A stretch of DNA of 32,000 bases from assembly GCF_000146505.1 (NCBI RefSeq), contig NC_017448.1:1260001-1292000 (forward strand), read 5' to 3'. Position numbers and translations under genes: made by a program. Each line of letters begins with the position of its first letter. The first letter of the stretch is position 1. This document shows, piece after piece, positions 7,223-14,763 of the stretch. Below the pieces are notes generated by a model that worked only from the letters and a program-made list of their open reading frames with translations, ran no database searches and was not told where the DNA came from. The DNA is from Fibrobacter succinogenes subsp. succinogenes S85 (GTDB lineage Bacteria; Fibrobacterota; Fibrobacteria; Fibrobacterales; Fibrobacteraceae).

Positions 7223-9440
7223 AAGCTTCTTCCATCATTTTTCTAACATACGGGAGCAGTTCATGACGCGGGTCCATTTCATCGCCGCCGTGAGTCTTCT
7301 TGAATTCGACCGTATCGATTGGTTCGAGAATCTTAATGTTGACCGGGTGGTGCTTGGAATCCTTGCGGTGTTCCCAAAGCAAGTCGGAACCACGAGTGAC
7401 CATCGGCAATATAATAGCGTTTGCCTCGACGGCAAGTCTAAAGCAACCGCTCTTGAAAGCGACCATGCCATCGCGCTTGCTGCGGGTGCCTTCCGGGAAA
7501 ACGAAGAGTCTCGGCATTTTGCCCGTCTGGAGCGCCTTCTGGATAATCGCGGCGCCACCGCCCTTTTCACGGTCGATAAAGACACAACCGAGCTTGTGCA
7601 TCCAGAAGTTCAGAATCGGGATGCACTGCAACTGAGTTTTGGCGATAAAGCCCACGGTTCGCTGCAAGGCGAGGAACGCCAGCGGGATATCCAGATACGA
7701 ACGATGGTTCCCCATCACGAACACCGGGCGTGTCCAGTCCACTTTTGCAAGTTGCGCCTGGTCTTCAATCGTCAAGTCCACACGCAAGACCTTCATGCAG
7801 AAGCGGGAGAAGACCTGTACCTTTTCTTCAAGCCATGGATCCAGGTCTTTACGACGGAAAATGTACATGAATGCAATCTTGAAAATATATTCGAGCATAA
7901 ACGCAAAAATTCTTGCCGCTCCATATATCCTAAATAACATCACTGGCATATTACACTCTGTTTTTGAACTTTCCTTGGGCAAAAAACGAGACCGTTTGAG
8001 TTTCGTAAGGCGCCCTTTCCAATATCTACGTTTGCAATATAGCAAAACCAAAAAAGATTCAGCCCGCGTGACCCCGACGTAAAACAATCGACGTTCCTCA
8101 TCGAGCTGTTTTTGGCGCTGTTTACGTGAGCCCAAGCACGAACCCGGCGTAAGTCCCTCGGACATCCCCGCATAATAGACCACCGCATACTGAAGCCCCT
8201 TGGACGCGTGGACCGTCTCGACATGAATTCCGTTTTCAAGGACCTCACCCTCCCCCTCTACGTTACCCGCCTCCGACACGACCGTCCCTGCGATCGGGAG
8301 ATGCGCATCGCGGAGAGCTTCTTCGTAATATAGGCGTTGCCTATTATAGCGCACGAGGATTGCAAAGTTTTTCCATTGGAGGTCATAGCTTTCTCGGAGC
8401 AACTTGATACTCGTGATGATTTTTTGCATTTCTTCGACGGGGTCTTCGCTCACCCAGATTTCGGGTTCACGGTTTTCCTTGAAAATCGGCGAGCCGCCCG
8501 AGCCGTTCATGTTTCCCGCACGCAAGACCTTCCGCAAGTGGATAGGCTTGTTTTCAAAAATCCTATTCGAAAAATGTAAAATGTTCGCGACCGAACGATA
8601 ATTCCATTCCAAGCGAATCAGAGAGCTCTCCTTGAAGTCATCGCGGAAACGGTTGATATTCCCGATATCGGCCCCACGGAATCCGTAAATAGCTTGGTCA
8701 TCATCGCCCACAACAAACAACGACTTGCGCTCACCCAGCAGCGCTTTGACAAGCCGATACTGCGACGGGTTGATGTCCTGATATTCATCAACAAGTATTT
8801 CCGTCCATTGATTTTGGAAATAGGCACGCGCCGACTCGTGATTTTCAAGCAGATTAATCGCCTGGTAGATGAGGTCTTCAAAAACAACTTGACCAGATTC
8901 CAGAATGCGATGACGCAATGGTTCAAGTTTTTTGAGGAGCTTCGCGGGATGCGCATCCGAGAAAAGCTCTTCGCGAGAAAAGCGGAATTTTCGACCGCCG
9001 ACTTTCGCGAGTTCCTGCATAAAAGTCTTGTCCGCCGATTCCGTCGGGACCGGCATTTTCTTGAATCCGACAAGTTCGTACGCAGGGCAAGAGCTGCAAG
9101 CGCCCGCCGCACAAGCCTCATCATACCCAACAGGAACCTTAGATTTAAGAACAAACAGCGCGAGCGAGTGGAACGTGCAGAGCCGCACACCAGCATTCGG
9201 GAAAAGCTTTTGCACACGCTCCCGCATTTCGGCAGCAGCCTTCGCCGTAAACGTGAGCGCCAAGATTTTCTCTGGTTCAACGCCCGACATAATCCGGTAC
9301 TGGATTCGCTTGGTCAAGACCGAAGTCTTTCCCGAGCCAGCCCCTGCTAGAATTAAAAGTTGTCCGTTCTTTTCATGATCGTGGAGTACCGCCGCACGTT
9401 GGTCGGAGTTCAGCCCGACCAAAAGACTTTCTACATCCAT
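7206..9440 (-). CDS. UvrD/PcrA-like SF1 helicase (aa 1-~497) fused in frame to a PlsC-type 1-acylglycerol-3-phosphate acyltransferase (aa ~498-744)
   Basis: Helicase motifs: AGAGSGKT, VDEYQD, GDDDQAIYGFRGA, NYRS, VHASKGLQY, YVGVTRA. A hydrophobic segment MPVMLFRIYGAARIFAFMLEYIF follows, then acyltransferase blocks NHRSYLD (Hx4D) and FPEGTR. One uninterrupted reading frame. The stop overlaps the murI start by 17 nt. Confidence 0.8.
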   Translation of the reverse strand: MDVESLLVGLNSDQRAAVLHDHEKNGQLLILAGAGSGKTSVLTKRIQYRIMSGVEPEKILALTFTAKAAAEMRERVQKLFPNAGVRLCTFHSLALFVLKSKVPVGYDEACAAGACSSCPAYELVGFKKMPVPTESADKTFMQELAKVGGRKFRFSREELFSDAHPAKLLKKLEPLRHRILESGQVVFEDLIYQAINLLENHESARAYFQNQWTEILVDEYQDINPSQYRLVKALLGERKSLFVVGDDDQAIYGFRGADIGNINRFRDDFKESSLIRLEWNYRSVANILHFSNRIFENKPIHLRKVLRAGNMNGSGGSPIFKENREPEIWVSEDPVEEMQKIITSIKLLRESYDLQWKNFAILVRYNRQRLYYEEALRDAHLPIAGTVVSEAGNVEGEGEVLENGIHVETVHASKGLQYAVVYYAGMSEGLTPGSCLGSRKQRQKQLDEERRLFYVGVTRAESFLVLLYCKRRYWKGRLTKLKRSRFLPKESSKTECNMPVMLFRIYGAARIFAFMLEYIFKIAFMYIFRRKDLDPWLEEKVQVFSRFCMKVLRVDLTIEDQAQLAKVDWTRPVFVMGNHRSYLDIPLAFLALQRTVGFIAKTQLQCIPILNFWMHKLGCVFIDREKGGGAAIIQKALQTGKMPRLFVFPEGTRSKRDGMVAFKSGCFRLAVEANAIILPMVTRGSDLLWEHRKDSKHHPVNIKILEPIDTVEFKKTHGGDEMDPRHELLPYVRKMMEEAYDRRL

Positions 9441-9506
9441 TTTTTATTTTGCGCCCCTTAAGCGCGAAGTTCATATAGCAAAGGATATAGGTAAAGATTT
9501 AGCAAA

Positions 9507-10517
9507 CTATTGAGCGTTCTTTGCTGGTTCTATAGGCGTGGGTTTCTGCCCCACCAAAAATGCGACCGCACCAAACAAGCTCAAAATCAAACTTACAAAA
9601 TAAGCGAGCAACTGAATCACAACCGATTCAAGTCCAGGCACGCCTGCACGCGCAAAAAGCGACTGTGCCAAAAATTCACGCGGACCAAAACCGCCAATCG
9701 AAATCGGGAGCGCACTCACAATGGCGACTAGCGGAATGTAATAGAAGTACCACGACATCGAGAGGTTCACGCCCACCGCAATCCCGCAGAAAAAGTGAAC
9801 AAAGATGCGGAGAGACTGGGTTACCATCGAAAGGCAAATGATGTTAATCCAAAGTTTCTTGGAGCGGAACTTCTGGAATCGGTCAAACATGCGAAGGAGT
9901 CGTGTTTCAAACTTCTCGGGCAGCACCTTCCCCGCCATACGGCAGAAGAACTTGCCTATGCGACGGCTCAAAAGCCCTGCAAACATCACGCAGAAGCCAA
10001 GAAAAATCCAGACGGACGGCCACATGAACGCACGCTGTTCCGGATCGTGAATAAAGAACAAGGCGCCCACGCCAAGAGCAAACAACGTGATAAAGAAAAG
10101 TCCAAACAAGCGATCAAACACCGTCGCCGTAAAGCCCGCGCCAACCGTATCTTGCCCGCCCTGCATGCGGATATCGTAAACCTTCTTGACGTCACCGCCG
10201 ACGTTACCGGGCATAAAGTTGTTGAAGAAGAGCCCCACATGATAAAGCTTGAGGAGCCTAGCGTACTTGAGGCGAACACCCTGTTTTTCGAGCAAGAGTT
10301 TCCACTGGAGGCAAGCTGTAAAGTTCGAAACCGCGAGGCAAAGGAGCGCAAGCACAAGCGGGAAAACGCTGTTTTTCTTGAACAAGTTATAGAGGTCGCC
10401 AACATCCCATTCCGGGTCGCTCACAATGTTACGATAGACAAAGTAAGCAGGAACGAGCGTTACCACCAGCTTTAAGCAAAAAATAATTACCGACTTGAGC
10501 TTCGGATTCAACTTCAT
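9507..10517 (-). CDS. Flippase-like / LPG_synthase_TM (UPF0104) family integral membrane protein, paralog of 4661..5602
   Basis: Motifs FMPGNVGGDVKK and LPISIGGFGPREF, polytopic. I prefer the ATG at 10517 because it forms an ATGA overlap with the GT4 stop (10514..10517). The ORF-track start at 10532 is also possible. Confidence 0.7.
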   Translation of the reverse strand: MKLNPKLKSVIIFCLKLVVTLVPAYFVYRNIVSDPEWDVGDLYNLFKKNSVFPLVLALLCLAVSNFTACLQWKLLLEKQGVRLKYARLLKLYHVGLFFNNFMPGNVGGDVKKVYDIRMQGGQDTVGAGFTATVFDRLFGLFFITLFALGVGALFFIHDPEQRAFMWPSVWIFLGFCVMFAGLLSRRIGKFFCRMAGKVLPEKFETRLLRMFDRFQKFRSKKLWINIICLSMVTQSLRIFVHFFCGIAVGVNLSMSWYFYYIPLVAIVSALPISIGGFGPREFLAQSLFARAGVPGLESVVIQLLAYFVSLILSLFGAVAFLVGQKPTPIEPAKNAQ

Positions 10518-11659
10518 TTTCGTACGCTCCAATCAACCGTACGTTCCAACAATTCCAACGTTTCGCGGGCAGAATTTTCCCAGCTGAACGATTCGGCGTA
10601 ATGCTTGGCATTCTTGCCAAGATTTGCGCGCAGTTCAGCATCGCTATAAATTTTTTCCATTGCAGAAGCGCACGCGGTCGCATCTCCCGACGGGAACAGA
10701 ATTCCCGTCTCGCCGTCACGGACGCTATCGCAGAGTCCCGGCACATCCGACGCAATCGTCGTCTTGCAGAGCTGCGCCGCTTCCATCACCGTGAGGCCCC
10801 AGCCTTCCTTGTAGCTCGTCTGCAACAGCGCAAGCGAAGACGAAAGCAGTTCGTACTTGCGAGCGGCAGGCACAAAGCCCGTCAGTTCCACCTTGCCATC
10901 CAGGCCATGCGATTTAATCCAAGCTGGGAGCTTTTTCAAAAGCGGACCACCGCCCACAATTTTCAACTGGACTTCGGGATGCGACTTCGAAAAAATTTCA
11001 AACGCTTCAAGCGCCGTCCAAATACCTTTGTAACGGTGCACGCGAGAAAGCCAGATGAAATACGGGTTCGCCGCAGTCTCACTAGATTCTGCAGTACCTG
11101 TCGCGAGGTCCGCGCATCCCGGGAAATTCGGCTTTTCAGAACCGTTATAAATCACGGAAATTCGGCTTTCGTCCACGCCAATTTCGGCAAGTTCTTTCTT
11201 GGTACTCGGACTCACCACTACAAAATTCTGCGTGCGGTAAAAGAACGGAATAATCCGCTCAAAGAACCAGACCATAAACGCAATCGGGAAAAACGCTTCA
11301 GCAAAAATTGACTTCCGCCACAAATGATGCATCTGCACCAGGAGCGGCTTGCGGACGAACCAGTGGGCAAAGACCGGTAACTTGTTCAAATCTTCAACAA
11401 CAACGTCAAAGTCAAATTCGCGGTCAAGCTTCTTCAGATTCAGCGCTACCGTGAGCTGGAACATCAAATCGCCACCCTTGCGGATGACCTGAATTCCATC
11501 GACAATTTCGCGTTCTTTGGCTCCCGGAAATGTCGTCGTAAACAGGACCACCGTGTGGCCCATTTCTACAATCTTCGAGAAAATGCGATGCAAATGCTTT
11601 TCGGCGCCGCCGGCAGCCGGATGCATGCGATCCCGGTAATTTACGACGAGAATTTTCAA
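10514..11659 (-). CDS. Family 4 (GT-B, group 1) glycosyltransferase
   Basis: MKILVVNYRDRMHPAAGGAEKHL... N-terminus. The C-terminal EGWGLTVMEAA plus GETG motif is typical of GT4 retaining transferases. Confidence 0.85.
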   Translation of the reverse strand: MKILVVNYRDRMHPAAGGAEKHLHRIFSKIVEMGHTVVLFTTTFPGAKEREIVDGIQVIRKGGDLMFQLTVALNLKKLDREFDFDVVVEDLNKLPVFAHWFVRKPLLVQMHHLWRKSIFAEAFFPIAFMVWFFERIIPFFYRTQNFVVVSPSTKKELAEIGVDESRISVIYNGSEKPNFPGCADLATGTAESSETAANPYFIWLSRVHRYKGIWTALEAFEIFSKSHPEVQLKIVGGGPLLKKLPAWIKSHGLDGKVELTGFVPAARKYELLSSSLALLQTSYKEGWGLTVMEAAQLCKTTIASDVPGLCDSVRDGETGILFPSGDATACASAMEKIYSDAELRANLGKNAKHYAESFSWENSARETLELLERTVDWSVRK

Positions 11660-11667
11660 GCAATCAC

Positions 11668-12444
11668 CTAAGGCTTACGACCGATCACGCCAATGCAAAG
11701 CTGCGTGTAGTGCATCACCGGCACAGACTGGAGGCTATCCAAAATCTTGTCCTTAATCTTTTGGTAGGCCGTTCCGTCAAGCGGATACTTCGGGAGTTCA
11801 ATACCGAACTTGAAGCAGAGCTCGCGCAGAATGCGGTAGAAAAGATTCGGGCGCATCCAGTCGCCATAGGCATAGACATATTCAAAGCCAGCGTCACGCA
11901 TGAGCTTCTTGAGTTGCCCCATCGTGAACTGTTTTTCCCAACCGGCAAACCACTTGTCCATCGCAATCAAGATATGCTTGATAACCGTGTACGGGTGGAC
12001 GGTCTGCGGCACATCGCAAAGGCAGCAACCGCCATGCTTGACGATGCGGAAGTTTTCTTGCAAGAGCGGGAGTGAATCCTTGAAATGTTCGGCCAAACCC
12101 TGATGGAACACCAAGTCAAATGTGTTGTCCGGGAACGGGGACTTGAAAGCATCGCCACGAACTAAGTGCAAATTTTTGAAGCCTTCACTCTCACGGAGCG
12201 AATTGACAATTTTCAAGCTATTTTCGGCATAATCGAGAACATACACATCGGCGCCCAAACGAGCGAGTTCGGCACTGTCGCGGCCGGTACCTGCACCGAC
12301 CTCAAGCACCTTTAGGCCCTCGAGCTTAAAATTCTTCTTAATAGCTTCTATAATAGACGGCGAAGACGGATAGACTTTGTCCATGTCGTTCTTGCGCTGC
12401 CAAAAACGGTTCCATACGGATTGATCAGGCTCTTTTATTGACAT
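11668..12444 (-). CDS. Class I SAM-dependent methyltransferase
   Basis: Motif I VLEVGAGTGRDS, followed by the acidic residue after beta2 (VYVLDY). Confidence 0.85.
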   Translation of the reverse strand: MSIKEPDQSVWNRFWQRKNDMDKVYPSSPSIIEAIKKNFKLEGLKVLEVGAGTGRDSAELARLGADVYVLDYAENSLKIVNSLRESEGFKNLHLVRGDAFKSPFPDNTFDLVFHQGLAEHFKDSLPLLQENFRIVKHGGCCLCDVPQTVHPYTVIKHILIAMDKWFAGWEKQFTMGQLKKLMRDAGFEYVYAYGDWMRPNLFYRILRELCFKFGIELPKYPLDGTAYQKIKDKILDSLQSVPVMHYTQLCIGVIGRKP

Positions 12445-12470
12445 AACGGGGAAAATATACGAAATTGATT

Positions 12471-12500
12471 AGACGAAAGACGAGAGACGAAAGACGAAAG
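12471..12500. repeat. Tandem heptamer array AGACGAR x4.3 (CTCGTCT-type on the minus strand)
   Basis: agacgaa agacgag agacgaa agacgaa ag. Read in the direction of the minus-strand methyltransferase gene it is YTCGTCT x4, ending 26 nt before that ATG. A second short repeat AGTGGTTA occurs twice at 12514..12538. Confidence 0.9.
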
Positions 12501-12833
12501 ATTATAGTAAACAGTGGTTAATGATTAGTGGTTAGTGTGTTTTGGGAAATAAGTATTCCAAAATGAAACATCGCCCACCGAAGGTATAGTTTCGATGTTC
12601 ATTATGAATACGCAAGAGCTCTTCGTTTTACATTTTCTTTCCTCTTCCGACCATTTACTGCCTTTTTTGAGAGATTCGTCGTCAGCCTTGTTGTCACGTT
12701 TTGAAAAATTTGTTATATTTTTACGACAATTTTACAAAATCACGACAAAAATAATGGGCTTTTTTGGCTCCGAAAACCGCAAAACCGACATTTAAAGGAC
12801 TTTTTGTAAAAAATTTGGAAAATTTTACACAAT

Positions 12834-12849
12834 TGGCACGCAACTTGCT
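12834..12849 (+). promoter_or_regulatory. Sigma-54 (RpoN) -24/-12 promoter
   Basis: TGGCACGcaacTTGCT matches the TGGCACG-N4-TTGCW consensus at every specified position with correct GG-GC spacing. The -12 GC lies 38 nt upstream of the sigma-factor ATG at 12886. Confidence 0.6.
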
Positions 12850-12885
12850 TTAAAAAAGCGATATTATAAGGGCAAGGTTTTTAAA

Positions 12886-13698
12886 ATGCATATTGATTCT
12901 ACCGATACTACTCTCAAAAGATACTTAGAAGACATCCGTCGTACCGCACCCCTATCACGCGAAGAAGAACAGATTCTTTTCCAGAAAGCTAAAGAAGGCG
13001 ACAAAATCGCCCGTAAAAAATTGATTTCTGCAAACATGCGTTTTGTGCTCAAAGTCGCCATCCAGTACCGTGGCTGCCCGATTCCGCTTCCGGACTTGGT
13101 CAGCGAAGGCGCTATGGGCCTCGTTCGCGCAATCGAATCCTTCGAACACACTCGTGGTCTTAAGTTCATCAGTTACGGCGTTTGGTGGATCAAGGCATAT
13201 ATTACTCGTGCTATTAACGAACAGGGTAACCTCATCCGCTTGCCGGCAAACCAGCACCTCCGCGTGCGCAAGGCTTTGCACGAACAGTCTCGCGGTAAGG
13301 AAATCAACGAAGAAATCCGTGAATTGATTCAGATCGGTCAGCGCGGCGTTTCGTTCGATAGCCCGCTCAAGGCAGACTCCAAGGCAACGTACGCCGAAGT
13401 CCTCCCGGACAGTGGCGCATCGAACCCGGAAGCCGATTCCGAAATCCAGAGCGTCGAAGCTTTGGCTCGCGACCTCATGGAACAGCTCCCGGAACGCGAA
13501 GCCCGAGTCATCACCGGCATTTTCGGTATCAACCAGGAAGCTCCGCAGACACTCCGCGAAGTGGGCGAATCTATGAACATCTCCCACGAACGTGTGCGTC
13601 AGTTGCGCGACCAGGCTCTCCGCCGTATCCGCAAGTACAACAGCAAGGACTTCTTGCAAGAAAAGAAGGACGCTTTCTTGGCCGCTATCAACAAGTAA
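12886..13698 (+). CDS. Sigma-70 family RNA polymerase sigma factor (short RpoD-like, regions 2-4)
   Basis: LISANMRFVLKVAIQY...LPDLVSEGAMGLVRAIESFEHTRGLKFISYGVWWIKAYITRAI covers regions 2.1-2.4. TLREVGESMNISHERVRQLRDQALRRIR is the region 4.2 HTH. It resembles the short primary sigma of FCB-group bacteria. Confidence 0.9.
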   Translation: MHIDSTDTTLKRYLEDIRRTAPLSREEEQILFQKAKEGDKIARKKLISANMRFVLKVAIQYRGCPIPLPDLVSEGAMGLVRAIESFEHTRGLKFISYGVWWIKAYITRAINEQGNLIRLPANQHLRVRKALHEQSRGKEINEEIRELIQIGQRGVSFDSPLKADSKATYAEVLPDSGASNPEADSEIQSVEALARDLMEQLPEREARVITGIFGINQEAPQTLREVGESMNISHERVRQLRDQALRRIRKYNSKDFLQEKKDAFLAAINK

Positions 13699-13719
13699 CC
13701 AAAAGCAAAACTTGTCATG

Positions 13720-13755
13720 TCCCGCTCCGGAATAATCCGTGGCGGGATTTTTTTT
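13720..13755 (+). terminator. Rho-independent terminator of the sigma-factor gene
   Basis: TCCCGCTCCGG-aataa-CCGTGGCGGGA (about 11-bp stem, 2 mismatches) followed by T8. Confidence 0.7.
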
Positions 13756-13763
13756 GAATCTAA

Positions 13764-14192
13764 CTAAGCATCCTTCACTATTTGCCAATAGCCATTTTTC
13801 CGGGCCCCCTTTTTTACAATGAGTTTCTTCTGTTTTAGCTGAGCGAATATACGTTCTGCCTGTCTTATAGTTATTGCTAATTTTTCAAACACCACGCCCC
13901 CAGTTTTCAATATACCCGGCACGATAAAAGACATTCGCAATATTGGGGTTGTAGGGTTAGATATTTCAAATAGATGAGATCAATGACCTTGTCGGCAATT
14001 TTTATGAGAGAGTCTTCAATCGTATTTTGATACTGCAGGTCAACCGCATTCGTAAACCGACCTATCTTCACATAACTACCATTTTGGATTACGCTAGGAT
14101 CGCTATAGAAAAGCGGAACTCCCCATGATAACTAACAGGATAAGAACTCGGATCAACGACGATTTGTATTCAACATTTTGGTTTTCAGGCAT
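13764..14192 (-). pseudogene. Degraded AlbA_2/Schlafen-type plus HATPase_c_4/wHTH putative regulator (often annotated RecG-like)
   Basis: Four fragments lie in three frames on the minus strand. (1) MPENQNVEYKSSL, starting at 14192 with a GGAG RBS. (2) NGSYVKIGRFTNAVDLQYQNTIEDSLIKIADKVIDLI. (3) PYNPNIANVFYRAGYIENWGRG. (4) EKLAITIRQAERIFAQLKQKKLIVKKGARKNGYWQIVKDA*, with the stop at 13764. Their order matches the domain order of that family, but about 430 nt remain of a gene that is normally several-fold longer. Confidence 0.5.
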
Positions 14193-14218
14193 AGGAACTC
14201 CTTGAAAAAAAAGAAAAA

Positions 14219-14238
14219 CATTTGATAATTATCAAATG
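14219..14238. promoter_or_regulatory. 20-bp perfect palindrome (candidate operator)
   Basis: CATTTGATAATTATCAAATG equals its own reverse complement. It sits 27 nt upstream of the pseudogene ATG at 14192. Confidence 0.4.
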
Positions 14239-14612
14239 CCTTCCTTATGTCCTAAAATTGGCAAGGGGCGTAACGAAATTTTACATGAGCGTTGCATGCG
14301 CTGAAGGATTCTTCCTTTTCCAACTATTTTATTTGCTTTTTTAGTTGGAAATGAAAGTCTCCTTTAACTCCTTTTACGGCATCAAGGTCAAAAAAATTGA
14401 CCTCCACAATATCAGAATCCTTTTTTTCTCGTCATTGCGAGCATAGCGAAGCAATCTCTACTCCGCATATTTATATATTTCATTACGACATAGCCCCGTA
14501 CCGAATGGTTCGGAGCGACCGGAAATTTTTGAGATTCGTCTCTTATTCTCACTATCGAAACTACCACTTTCAATGCATCTGAGGATAAGACGAACACTCA
14601 CGTCCCGCTTGG

Positions 14613-14692
14613 GGCGTGGGTCGTTTGTGCTTATTGGATGCAAGGGTGTGGTAGCCCGCGATAGCAGTAAGTACGCAAAGCGACTCCACGCC
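14613..14692 (+). repeat. Long-hairpin element, left copy (terminator-like, followed by T6)
   Basis: GGCGTGGGTCG...CGACtCCACGCC closing stem, extended by TTTGTG/CGCAAA, then TTTTTTGTTTTTT. Homologous to 17479..17555. Confidence 0.6.
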
Positions 14693-14763
14693 TTTTTTGT
14701 TTTTTGAAAAGACTTGGATCTGACCTTTGAATATAGACGGAGCTCGTAACAAAGGAAACCGTC

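Noticed and set aside
7161-7937. 258-aa + strand ORF, together with 8618..9280 (minus) and 8694..9350 (+)
   Set aside because: All are alternative-frame or antisense shadows within the helicase-acyltransferase gene. None carries motifs, whereas the 744-aa frame carries all SF1 and LPLAT motifs.
12595-12795. 66-aa ORF in the methyltransferase/sigma intergenic region
   Set aside because: It has no RBS and an AT-rich, low-complexity sequence. It overlaps the candidate enhancer sites and the leader of the sigma gene, so it is more likely non-coding.
12955-13788. 277-aa minus-strand ORF
   Set aside because: It is antisense to the sigma-factor gene, whose + frame has canonical regions 2 and 4.
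14613-14692. Possible tRNA (perfect 7-bp GGCGTGG/CCACGCC acceptor-like stem, ~80 nt); the same applies to 17479..17555
   Set aside because: There is no T-arm (no GTTCRANYC-like loop) and no D-arm geometry, and the stem continues well beyond 7 bp as a single long hairpin. It is not a cloverleaf.
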